Below, in pieces: positions 1-10,996 of a stretch of 64,000 nucleotides of DNA. How positions within the stretch are numbered: position 1 is the stretch's first letter; each line of letters opens with the position of its first letter. The stretch spans positions 124,001 to 188,000 of the forward strand of contig JAPDFW010000056.1 of the NCBI GenBank assembly GCA_028826165.1, given 5' to 3'. The translations under genes and the position numbers were made by a program. This DNA is from Anaeramoeba ignava BMAN. Lineage: Eukaryota; Protista; Anaeramoebae. Under the pieces are notes generated by a model. That model made no database searches and had not been told where the DNA came from. It saw only the letters and a program-made list of their open reading frames with translations.

Positions 1-3000
1 GAAACAAGACTGTATTCAACTATAAATTTCCAAGTTTCAAGAAAACTTATACCCAAAATAAAAAGACACTTCGCAACGGGTCGCGCTGATTTCGCAGTGC
101 TTATTGAGCACGAAAACGAGTTCTGTCCCGGATTGTTGAAGTTGCACAAAAACTTCTTGGAAATCACAATATATGGGAAAAAGGAATCACAAAAATTTTT
201 ATATTTGGAAATTGCAAGAATAAAAAAGGAAGACGACCCAGTGGTTGATACAAAGATTGCGATTGAAATGCAGAATCGCAGCGCAGTTCGTCTTCAGACA
301 CAATCCCTGAGGAAAATGATAGAGGTTGTAAATTCACTTGAGATGTTCAAGTGGTATTTTGGGACTGATCCCGAAAATATCGCGATCCACGGCGAAATCA
401 TCGGGACGCAACTTGAAATTGAGGCTATTGCTGAGCGCGTTGCCGAGAAGAAATACGCAACGTTTTTTGTCTCTTATGCTCAGCAATCAACTGCCAAAGA
501 GAGAGCTATTCTCCGAATTGCATACTCTTCCTTGTCGTTGGTCAGCGCAGTCACATTCCACACAGTCATATCATTGACACCCCATAGTCCATCCCAAATC
601 TCCATTAGTTTCTCAGAAGAATCTTCCGTTGTTCTTTATACTTCAACAAGCGCAAAGTATCAACCGTTGACAATTTTTTGCAATTCAAAATCACAAAAAA
701 ATTTGATTGAAATTTGTTATCAAAAACTTGTCGCAATTCCCCAGGACAAAAAGGATCTCGCAACCCCTGCAAACATCCAGACGCGCAGATCTCTTTCCTT
801 GGTGAATCAATCACTTGGGCATCAATCGACGCCCAGAAAATCAACATTTACTACGCCATCATTATTATCCAATTCGTCGCCAATTCCGGCAGAAATCATA
901 CGTTATGTTGAATTTTCTCGCACATTCTCTCCAGTCGTCATCCAATCTCAATCCCATCTCGCCCTTTTCAACGAGGCTCTTCTCGACTCAGAATTCACCA
1001 CCTTCAGCGCAGATACTCTTGTATTAATACAGAACTCGCTTGCAAATTTAATCGACCAAAATAACTCCAAATCAAATGATTTAATTGTTAAAATAAAAGT
1101 AAATTTAATCGGCAAAGAAACAATCTCCTGCATCGCTGTTCTTGACAAAAAAAGCATTCTTTTCCATGAGGAGTTACTGAGCCAAATTGTGTTATTCCAG
1201 GCATCCTTGCCTTCTTCTGATTTGCGAGTGCTGTTGGATATTCGCAATCCACAAAGATTTGCAATTTTTTCAACAAAAAAAAAATTATTAATTTTCGAAA
1301 CACAAACTTCACAAGAAAGAGATATTCTCTCTAATATCATACTTCTGTTTGCGAGCGGATCATCGTTGATATCAGATCAACCAACAAACGATTCGCCGCA
1401 GCAGATGATCAAAATCCTGACTCCGTTGGCTGAAGAAATGCAGTTCAATCGGGAGAACCAAAAATCACGCAGCATTTTTTCAATAACAAAAGAGCACGCA
1501 ACTCCACCCACTCTCATCGCATCTCATCCTGTTCTTCTTGTGAACTCTTTCGGACAACGCGCAGAACATGCCACTATCATACTCGAACCCGAATATTTTA
1601 TGATCGAGCGTAAATCAACACGAAAAACAATAAGAAGAAAATACAGTCTATTTTCCAAACTCTTTCTTCTTGATCCTTTCCGCACACGGTTTTATATTGA
1701 TGATCTGCATCACATCGTGCTCGAATTCGCAGATCCCCAACGAAGATTAGGTTTTCTTTCCGATTTCTATTCTCATCGCGAAAAATATCTTTCTAGTTCA
1801 TTTCCCTTTATAGATCAAACACCATTGATTTTTAATTGTCAATTAAAAGTGAACAATCTCGAAAAACAAGCAACACTTTCTCTTCGATTCGACCGAATAG
1901 AATTCAACATCCTCGACTCATCATCTCCTTTCCATCCTCTTCGTTTCTCTTCTTCGCCATCTGTGTCTCGCAAGAATTCAATTTTGCGATCTGACCAATT
2001 TTTAACTCATCAGAACCAACTTAGCCAATCATCACTTGCTCTTGATTACTCTCAAGTCTTGACATGCGAAATGGAAAACGCCGCAAGCTCATTGGTTCGT
2101 CTTCATCTTGGAAAATCACGTCTTATTCGCATCGCCTTTTTTTCATCTGAGTTTGCTCGTCTTTTTGTTTACAGATTCAAAATGCTCACCTTTATATATT
2201 TAAATTCGCCCAAAATTTCCACTGTTTTATTTGCTTCTCCTTCACATCATTTTTTCGACAAATTCCTTGTAAAAATAATTCATAACGCAAAGAACCGTTC
2301 TCGTCCTTCTCAACACATTATGTTCAGAATTGGATATTTGATTGTTTTTAAACAAAATCTCGAACAAAAGAAAATTGATATTTCGGAATGTATAGTCTCT
2401 GTTTCATCTGAAAACCAGAAATCTTGCCATCTTAGATCTGATGTAGATCAAGATCATTTCGATATTGTTTTCGATGATACTTCACAACGCGATATATTTG
2501 TTGAAAGATTTAAAATTTTCCAAAATATTGAATCCTTTCTTGAAAATTATCATTTATTACAAAATGAAAATCCAAATCAAAATGAAAATCAAACTGAAAA
2601 TCAAACTGAAACCGAAAATCAAAATGAAACTGAAAACGATATTGAAAATGAAACTGAAACTTCTGAAATATTTTACAACAACCAAAATCAAAATTCAAAC
2701 AATGAAAATCAAAATCAAAATCAAGAAAATCTTTATAACTTAAGAAAAACTACTCAAAAATACAATTTAGAAATACTCTGGCCTAAAAAACAATCAAAAG
2801 GAACCATTGAATACGATCCTTTTACAATTACATTTAAAGAAGATGATGTATTTCATTCTGAATATTTTATTTCTGCTCAAGATTTCCATATTCGCTCCTC
2901 AAAAACCAAAGACATTGTGCAAATATCTCAAGAACAAAAAAACATTCTTTTCAAATTTCCAGATCCAAAAAATGTTGTATTATTGATTCAACAAATTAAG

Positions 3001-3270
3001 AGATATCGAAATCAACCAAAAGCAAAAGTTATTAAATCCCCGTTTTTCCAACTTAAAAATAAATTTGTTAAGATAAAGTTATTAAAAGGAAAATTGATTC
3101 AATTTCGATCAGAAAATGGATATATATTTGAAATGCAAAATTCAAAACTTTATTTAAATGAAGAGAATATGGAATTGATTTTAGGAGAAGAAGAAAAAGA
3201 AGATGAAAAAGTTGTTTTAAGATTTGTAACTCAATCAGATTATGAAAAATTTAGAAAGTGGATTAAATAA
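1..3270 (+). CDS. Large protein with about 8 tandem PH-like domains; 5' end lies outside the window
   Basis: Frame 1 is open from base 1 (ETRLYSTINF...) to TAA at 3268-3270. Beta-rich units of about 110 aa recur, each ending in an F-x5-RD-x-F-type helix (FETQTSQERDILSNII, FADPQRRLGFLSDF, FDDTSQRDIFVERF, FVTQSDYEKFRKWI). The fold assignment is inference. Confidence 0.7.
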   Translation, partial: ETRLYSTINFQVSRKLIPKIKRHFATGRADFAVLIEHENEFCPGLLKLHKNFLEITIYGKKESQKFLYLEIARIKKEDDPVVDTKIAIEMQNRSAVRLQTQSLRKMIEVVNSLEMFKWYFGTDPENIAIHGEIIGTQLEIEAIAERVAEKKYATFFVSYAQQSTAKERAILRIAYSSLSLVSAVTFHTVISLTPHSPSQISISFSEESSVVLYTSTSAKYQPLTIFCNSKSQKNLIEICYQKLVAIPQDKKDLATPANIQTRRSLSLVNQSLGHQSTPRKSTFTTPSLLSNSSPIPAEIIRYVEFSRTFSPVVIQSQSHLALFNEALLDSEFTTFSADTLVLIQNSLANLIDQNNSKSNDLIVKIKVNLIGKETISCIAVLDKKSILFHEELLSQIVLFQASLPSSDLRVLLDIRNPQRFAIFSTKKKLLIFETQTSQERDILSNIILLFASGSSLISDQPTNDSPQQMIKILTPLAEEMQFNRENQKSRSIFSITKEHATPPTLIASHPVLLVNSFGQRAEHATIILEPEYFMIERKSTRKTIRRKYSLFSKLFLLDPFRTRFYIDDLHHIVLEFADPQRRLGFLSDFYSHREKYLSSSFPFIDQTPLIFNCQLKVNNLEKQATLSLRFDRIEFNILDSSSPFHPLRFSSSPSVSRKNSILRSDQFLTHQNQLSQSSLALDYSQVLTCEMENAASSLVRLHLGKSRLIRIAFFSSEFARLFVYRFKMLTFIYLNSPKISTVLFASPSHHFFDKFLVKIIHNAKNRSRPSQHIMFRIGYLIVFKQNLEQKKIDISECIVSVSSENQKSCHLRSDVDQDHFDIVFDDTSQRDIFVERFKIFQNIESFLENYHLLQNENPNQNENQTENQTETENQNETENDIENETETSEIFYNNQNQNSNNENQNQNQENLYNLRKTTQKYNLEILWPKKQSKGTIEYDPFTITFKEDDVFHSEYFISAQDFHIRSSKTKDIVQISQEQKNILFKFPDPKNVVLLIQQIKRYRNQPKAKVIKSPFFQLKNKFVKIKLLKGKLIQFRSENGYIFEMQNSKLYLNEENMELILGEEEKEDEKVVLRFVTQSDYEKFRKWIK

Positions 3271-3289
3271 AAATTCGAAAGAATTTAAA

Positions 3290-3820
3290 TCAAAATTTAA
3301 AACAAAATTTAAAACAAAATTTAAAACAAAATTTAAAACAAAATTTAAAACAAAATTTAAAACAAAATTTAAAACGAAATTTAAAACAAAATTTAAATCA
3401 AAATTTAAATCAAAATTTAAAACGAAATTTAAAACAAAATTTAAAACAAAATTTAAAACAAAATTTAAAACAAAATTTAAAACAAAATTTAAAACAAAAT
3501 TTAAAACAAAATTTAAAACAAAATTTAAAACAAATTTTAAAACAAAATTTAAAACAAAATTTAAAACAAAATTTAAAACAAAATTTAAAACAAAATTTAA
3601 AACAAAATTTAAAACAAAATTTAAAACAAAATTTAAAACAAAATTTAAAAAAATTTTAAAACAAAATTTAAAACGAAATTTAAAACAAAATTTAAAACAA
3701 AATTTAAAACAAAATTTAAAACAAAATTTAAATCAAAATTTAAAACAAAATTTAAAACAGAATTTAAATCAAAATTTAAAACAAAATTTAAAACGGAATT
3801 TAAAACAAAATTTAAAACAA
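3290..3820. repeat. 12-bp tandem repeat (AAAACAAAATTT)n
   Basis: Directly visible; produces the spurious KFKT ORF. Confidence 0.97.
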
Positions 3821-3869
3821 AATAAAATAATTGTTTTTTTAAAAAATAAAAATTTTGAAAACTAAACAT

Positions 3870-5010
3870 TTAATTTAATAATTGATTTAATAATTAATTT
3901 AATAATTAATTTAATAATTAATTTAATATTTAATTTAATAATTGATTTAATTATTAATTTAATAATTAATTTAATAATTAATTTAATAATTAATTTAATA
4001 ATTGATTTAATAATTAATTTAATAATTAATTTAATAATTAATTTAATAATTGATTTAATAATTAATTTAATAATTAATTTAATAATTAATTTAATAATTA
4101 ATTTAATAATTAATTTAATAATTAATTTAATAATTAATTTAATAATTAATTTAATATTTAATTTTAATTAATTTTAATAATTTAATAATTGATTTAATTA
4201 TTAATTTAATAATTTAATAATTGATTTAATATTTAATTTAATAATTAATTTAATAATAATTAATTTAATAATTGATTTAATAATCAATTTAATATTTAAT
4301 TTAATAATTAATTTAATAATTAATTTAATAATTAATTTATTTAATAATTAATTTAATAATTAATTTAATATTTAATTTAATAATTAATTTAATATTTAAT
4401 TTAATAATTTTTAATATTTAATAATTAATTTTAATATTTAATTTTATTTAATTTAATAATTAATTTTAATAATTAATTTAATAATTTAATAATTATTTAA
4501 CCAAATCAATTTAATAATAAATTTAATAATTAATTTAATAATTAATTTAATAATTAATTTAATAATTAATTTAATAATTATTTTAATAATTAATTTAATA
4601 TTTAATTTAATAATTAATTTAATAAATTAATTTAATAATTAATTTAATAATTAATTTAATAATTAATTTTTAATTTAATATTTGATTTAATATTTAATTT
4701 AATAATTAATTTAATAATTAATTTAATAATTAATTTTAATAATTGATTTAATAATCAATTTAATAATTAATTTAATAATTTAATAATAATAATTAATTTA
4801 ATAATTAATTTAATATTTAATTTAATAATTGATTTAATAATTAATTTAATAATTGATTTAATAATTAATTTAATAATTAATTTAATAATTAATTTAATAA
4901 TTAATTTAATAATTAATTTAATAATTAATTTAATAATTAATTTAATAATTAATTTAATAATTAATTTAATAATTGATTTAATAATTGATTTAATAATTAA
5001 TTTGATAATT
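3870..5010. repeat. 12-bp tandem repeat (TAATTAATTTAA)n, degenerate in the middle
   Basis: Directly visible, between two convergent genes. Confidence 0.95.
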
Positions 5011-5249
5011 GATTTTGTTTTGTTGTTTTAAAGAATAAAGAAGTAAAAATTATGTGGTAATTCTTTCTGCTAGTTTATTGTGGAGAGATTTGAAAAAAAA
5101 CGAACAGAAACAAAGAAAGAATTTGAAAGAAAAACCAAATTGTTATTTTCGAATGAAAAAAAAAATTTCTGTTTTGATTTGAAAGAAAAAAGAAGAAAAA
5201 AAAAAAAGGGAGAAGTATCAAAGAAAAAGAAAAAAAAAGGGAAAAAGAT

Positions 5250-6120
5250 TTAATATCCTTGTTCTTTCATCCAATCAGTAAATTGACCAACAACTTTATT
5301 AGCATTACCAGGTTGAATTTCACCTTCATAAACACCAACAATAACAGATTGATTTGATTTTTGGCAAACAATTCCTCCATTTGTGCTTTTGCCAGCAACG
5401 AGATCATCAAGAGCTCTAACACAAGTATATTTTACTCCATTAGCTCTGACTCCATTTGCATAAAGTGATGATCCATCAGCGAATCCAGCAACAATTGCTT
5501 TAATTTCTGTTGCGGTGATGTTGAAATTTGCTGATTTTGCCCAGACTGATCCATCTAATCCGCAAATTGCTGCTTGTGTTAACTATATTTTATTTTAATA
5601 TTTTAATTTAATTATTAATTATTATTTTAATTATTATTATTATTTTAATAAATATTTAATTTAATTATTATTTTAAATATTATTTTAATTATTATTTTAA
5701 TTATATTATAATTATTATTTTAAATATTAATTTAATTATTATTTTAAATATTTAATTTAATTATTATTTTAAATATTAATTAAATTATTATTTTAATTAT
5801 TATTTTTATTATTATTTTAAATATATTATTATTTTAATTATTATTTTAATTATTAATTTAATTAAGAAAAAAAAAAGCGAAAAATTTTTTTAATTAAGAA
5901 ATTAAATTAAATTAAAAAATGAAAAAAAAAAAGAAAAAAATTTTTTTAATAAAGAAAAATAAAAAGATTCAAAAATAACTCAATTAAAATTTTGAATTAA
6001 ATATTGAATTTAAATTTTGAATTAAAATATTGAATTAAATTTAAAATTTAAAATTTTGTAATTTCTATTTACATGTCCTGTTCCAACAAGATTACTATCA
6101 ACATATCCTTGCCAACTCAT
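5250..6120 (-). CDS. Profilin, 126 aa, 2 exons (6120-6073, 5582-5250); absent from the ORF track
   Basis: Manual translation: MSWQGYVDSNLVGTGH|LTQAAICGLDGSVWAKSANF...GVYEGEIQPGNANKVVGQFTDWMKEQGY*; GT-AG intron 6072-5583. Confidence 0.97.
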
Positions 6121-6140
6121 GATTATTACTGTTTATTCAT

Positions 6141-6174
6141 AATGATGAGTAAGAAAGAGGGATATTTTTATATA
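6141..6174 (-). promoter_or_regulatory. Candidate TATA box plus initiator for profilin
   Basis: TATATAAAAA (6174-6165) begins 28 nt upstream of the A in CTCATCATT (6146). Confidence 0.5.
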
Positions 6175-6769
6175 ATTTTGTTTTGTAAAAATATATTTTT
6201 TTTTTTAAATTAAATTAAATAAAATAAAATTAATTTATTTTAATTAAATAAAATTAATTATGCAAAAAAAAAATATGATTTGTAAATTATATTATTTATA
6301 TATTTGTGTTTATATTTTTATTTAATTTATTATTTTATGTGTGTTTTGCAATATATTTTAAATATTTTTTTTAATTTTAATTACCTTTTTTATTATTAAA
6401 ATAGTTTTTTTTTTTTTTTTAAGTAAAAAAAAATGATCGATTTTAATTTTTTTTTTTTTGTTTTAAATTAAAAAATTTTTTTATTTTAAAGAAGGCAAAA
6501 AAAAAATTTTTTAATTTAATTTAATTAATTATTTTTCAATTTTGCATTTAATTTATTATTTTAATTTTATTTTTATGCCTAAAGTTAATTAATTTTTATT
6601 AATTTTTATTTTGGAATTTTAACAAAAAGAAATTAAAAAAAAATAATAATTACAAATAAATTTAAATAAATTAGTAATTTTGACAATTTTTTTTTATTTT
6701 TAATTTTTAATAAAGATTTTCTTTTTCTTTTTCTTTTTTTTTTTAATTTAATAATTTGATCAATCATTT

Positions 6770-6990
6770 TATTTATTAAATGAATTATTTTATTTTGAAA
6801 TTAAAATGATCTTGTTTTATTTAATTTATTTATTAAATGAATTATTTCGAAATTAAAATGATCTTGTTTTATTTTATTTTATTAATTTAATTTTAATTTT
6901 CGAATTTTTAATTAATTTAATGAATTATTTCGAAATTAAAATGATCTTGTTTTATTTAATTTATTAAATGAATTATTTTATTTTATTTTA
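6770..6990. repeat. About 3.5 copies of a ~50-60 bp unit (TGAATTATTTCGAAATTAAAATGATCTTGTTTTATTT)
   Basis: Directly visible, intergenic. Confidence 0.85.
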
Positions 6991-7386
6991 TTAATCATTT
7001 TAAATTATTTTTAGGGGAGAAGGAAAATTTTTGAAGTGTTTAAATTAAAAATTAAATTAATTTTTATTTTATAAAATAAAAGAGAAAAATTTTTTTTTTT
7101 TCCTCTTTTCTTTTATTTTATAAAATCCAAATAAAAAAGTGGATCAAAAAATTAAATTTTTTTATTTTTTTATTTTGTAATGTTTTTCAAAAACAAAATA
7201 TATTGAAAAAGTTTCATTTTTCTCTTTTTTTTTTTGCTGAAAAGAAAATAAATTAAAAAAATAAGATATAAGCAAAATTGAAATTTATTTAAAAAGTTAT
7301 ATTTTATATTTTGTTTTATTTTTAATTTGTTTTTATTATTTTTGATTTTACCTTTTATTTTCATTCTCTTTTTGTTGTTTTTTGTT

Positions 7387-8966
7387 TTAGATATTTTTTT
7401 TTTGATTATCATCTTCTTCTTGATTTTCGATCCACTTTTATAAAAATTTTAAATTTTAATTTTAAATTTAAATTTTAATTTTAATTTTAAAACAAACTTT
7501 GCCAAATATTTTAACACGTTCTTCTTGTGAAGCTTTAGAAGGATCTCTTTTATAAACAGTACCATCCCAAACAGAAGCAATAACTCTCCGTGAATCAAAC
7601 CATCTTCCATTAAGCGCAAGCACACATTTCTGAGCATGAGACTCATTAGCAAAACGGATCATAACTACACCTTCTGGCTCTTTCTAAAAAAAAAAGAAGA
7701 AAAAAAAGAAAGAACCAAAAAATTGCCGGACAATAACGGAAATGAGGAAAAAAATTTTTTTAAACCGATCAAATCAATCCAAAAAAAAAATAGCAATAAA
7801 TATAATATTTTTTTTTTTGGAAAATAAGGGTCTAAAAAAGATCAAATCAGATAGCAAACATCGCAAATTATAATTTCGTTAACGATCCCGAAATTCCGGC
7901 ATTCTTCCGAAATTTCATCTTCAAGCGCGACAACGTCTTGAGTTGTCTGAACTTCATCTGGACGGAACATGTGCTTCAGAACAACGGTACGCTCCATTTT
8001 CTTTGCGAACTTCTCTCGTTTTTGGGCCTCTTTGGGATCTTCTCCAAGAAGATAATCCCATGAAAGATCAGGATTTTCTTGTTTTTTTGCTCGTGTTTTT
8101 GTTTTGGAACGTTTGGTTTCATTCCTCATTTCTTGTGGTTCACTATCTGCACGGGTGATGCGAATTGGCCAGTTCGCTCTTATCTCGCTCCCATCGAGTA
8201 TATAAAGTGCATTATCAAGTGACTGAGGCATAGCATACTTTAATTCAGCCCCGCTTTTATCCTGTTCAGAGCTATCGTAAATGATTTTTATCTCGGGTTT
8301 TTTTGTCTCCTCATTCTTCTCGATGATTCCGCATTTGCTAAAATGCTTGTAAATCTCCTCCACACTTATATCTCTTGGAAGACCGGTTATTCTTGCAATT
8401 GTTTTTGATTTGTTATTTTTTTCTTTTGAATTTTCAATTGTATTTCCAGTTGATTTTTTTTTATCAATCCGTTGGAGTTTTTTAACCCCAAAATATTCAT
8501 CCACGCGCTTTTGGATTTCTTGTTCATCTCCGTTTGTTTTTTGTTCTTCTTCTACTTTTTCATTTGTTTTTTTTTCTTGATTTTGTTCTTTTCTTTTTAA
8601 GTTTTTTCTTTTTGTATGTTTGCTTTTTTGCTGATAAATTTGTTGTTGGTTTTCTATAAGCTGGTTTGTTACAGCAGGAACCCACATATTTGTTTTGGGA
8701 TCAAATTCTAATTGTGGGTCTTGTTGTGTTTGTTTTGTTGTTTCTTCTTTTTGTTGTGTTTGTTTTGTTGTTTCTTCTTTTTGTTGTGTTTTTTTGTTTT
8801 TTTCTTGCGTCATATTTGGTTTTGCTTTAATTGGATCTTTGATTATTGTTGTTTCTTTTGCTTCGTTTTTTGTATTGGAATAGAAATGTGCAACTTGTTT
8901 TTGTAGTGATTGTTTTCGATGGGATGATTTGTTCAATTTAAGTGAAATTTTATTTGGTATTGACAT
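7387..8966 (-). CDS. HTATSF1: HTATSF1/Tat-SF1/Cus2-like U2 snRNP factor (RRM + UHM), 3 exons
   Basis: RRM1 (ITGLPRDISVEEIYKHFSKCGII...ALYILDGSEIR) and UHM (RTVVLKHMF...EECRNFG...|KEPEGVVMIRF...LNGRWFDSRRVIASVWDG); final exon WIENQEEDDNQKKNI*; GT-AG introns. Confidence 0.88.
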
Positions 8967-9128
8967 TTTAAAAATGAAAATGAAAGAAAAAAATGAAAAA
9001 AATGAAAAAATTTAGAAATTAAATAATTAAATAAAATTTGTTCCACTTTTTTATTATTAGAAAATATTTAATCAATTTAAAAAAAAAAATTATTTAAAAA
9101 ATATTAATATTTAGTTTTTGTTTAAATT

Positions 9129-10897
9129 TTAAACTTTAATTTTTGGAAGAGGATTAGTAACAACTTTTGTTTCTTGTTTAATTTTTCGAAGATAAGCATA
9201 AATAAAAGATCCACCAATACATAAAATAACACCAATAGCATTAAGTAAAGAGACTTCATTTCCAAAAAGCAATGCACCAAGAACTGTTTGCAAAGATCCT
9301 TTTAAACTTCCAACAATCATATGTGTTAATGGAGATGTGTGTTTTACTTGAAGAACAGTTGCAAAACTTAAAAGAAATGCAAGACTAGTTGATATTAAAA
9401 TCAATAAAATAAATGAGAATGAAAAATATTCTTTGATTTTTTCAACTGAAATTTCTTCTGAAAGTAAAACAAAAGGAAATAGTAATCCAATAGCAAGAGT
9501 GTTATTATAAATCATTAATTCTCTATTTAAAATAATCAATTAGTCCTTTTTTTATTGATTTGAAATCAATTATTATTTATTTACCCATTACTAAATTTTT
9601 TTTTCTCTTCTTCTTCATTGGGATTATTTTCATCTTCTTTATTTTCTAAACTTTGTTTCATTACAATAGGATATAATGCTGAAAGAAAACTTGCAATCAA
9701 TCCAAATACAAATCCTTGCCATGAAAATTTTACTTCCCCAACACTTCCAAGAATATATCCAAGAGTCACAATAATACAAGCTTTAATAATAGAAAAATCA
9801 GTTTTTTGACCAAGAAGAAAATAACTGAGTGAAACATTAAATACGATATGCATTGAACGTGCAATCTATCAAATATTAAATAATAATATTAAATAATAAT
9901 ATTAAATAATAATATTAAATAATAATATTAAATAATAATATTAAATAATAATATTAAATAATAATATTAAATAATAATATTAAATAATAATATTAAATAA
10001 TAAATAATAAATAATAATATTAAATAATAATATTAAATAATAATATTATTAAATAATAATATTATTAAATAATATTATTAAATAATAATATTAAATAATA
10101 ATATTAAATAATAATATTAAATAATAATATTAAATAATAATATTAAATAATAATATTAAATAATAATCTTAAATAATATTATTAAATAATATTAATAATA
10201 ATAATAAATAAATAATAATAAATAATCTTAAATAATATTAAATAAATAATATTAAATAAATAATATTAAATAATAATATTAAATAATAATATTAAATAAT
10301 AATATTAAATAATAATATTAAATAATAATAAATAATCTTAAATAATATTAAATAATAATATTAAATAATAATATTAAATATTAATATTAAATAATAATAA
10401 TAAATAATAATATTAAATAATCTTAAATAATATTAAATAATAATAATAAATAATAATATTAAATAATCCTACAACAAAAAATGAAGCTGCAACATGCTTT
10501 AAACAATAATTTCCAAATATAATCATTGCTGCAAACACAAATGATAATTTAAAAATTTTTTTACAACGTTCAAACTCAATTTTAAAAGGAGGAATAAAAT
10601 CAAATAAAGGATTTGTTTTTCCAGCTTCTCCAACAAAATAAAGAATAACTGAAGTACCAATAGATTGTAACCAAGTCATAAAAATTGGACCAGGACGTAT
10701 TTTTGAGTAACTTAATAAATACTTGTTTAAAAAAACCATTGTTATTGAAACAGAACAATAAAATGTAACAACTGCAAATACTGTTTTTCTAAAAATAATA
10801 ATTTTATTTTTTATTTTATTTAGATTATTTTTTTTAAATTTTGCAGTTTTAAACTTGAATTTTTGCATTTGAATACAAACATTTTATGTTGATCCAT
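9129..10897 (-). CDS. Nucleotide-sugar transporter, GDP-fucose transporter (SLC35C1)-like, 4 exons (10897-10881, 10788-10473, 9865-9585, 9522-9129)
   Basis: SITMVFLNKYLLS, NYCLKHVAASFFV|IARSMHIVFNV and QVKHTSPLTHMIVGSLKG motifs; exon phases join correctly. Confidence 0.88.
9875..10465. repeat. Intronic ~13-bp repeat (TAATAATATTAAA)n
   Basis: Fills intron 2 of the transporter gene. Confidence 0.93.
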
Positions 10898-10996
10898 TAT
10901 TAAAAATAAAATGAAAAAATGAAAATTTGAAAATTTAAAAAAAATTTTTTTTCATTTTTTTCATTTTCTTTCTTCTTTGAATTTCTTTTTTTTTTA

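Noticed and set aside
6142-6148. Box C (ATGATGA) of a C/D snoRNA
   Set aside because: No box D (CTGA) at a suitable distance; better explained as the profilin initiator on the other strand.
6770-6990. CRISPR-like repeat-spacer array (also considered for 62565-63165)
   Set aside because: No unique spacers of constant length, no cas genes, and a eukaryotic context.
7779-7820. Inverted repeat CC-A10...T11-GG in the Tat-SF1-like intron
   Set aside because: The stem is made of homopolymer runs that are common throughout the window.
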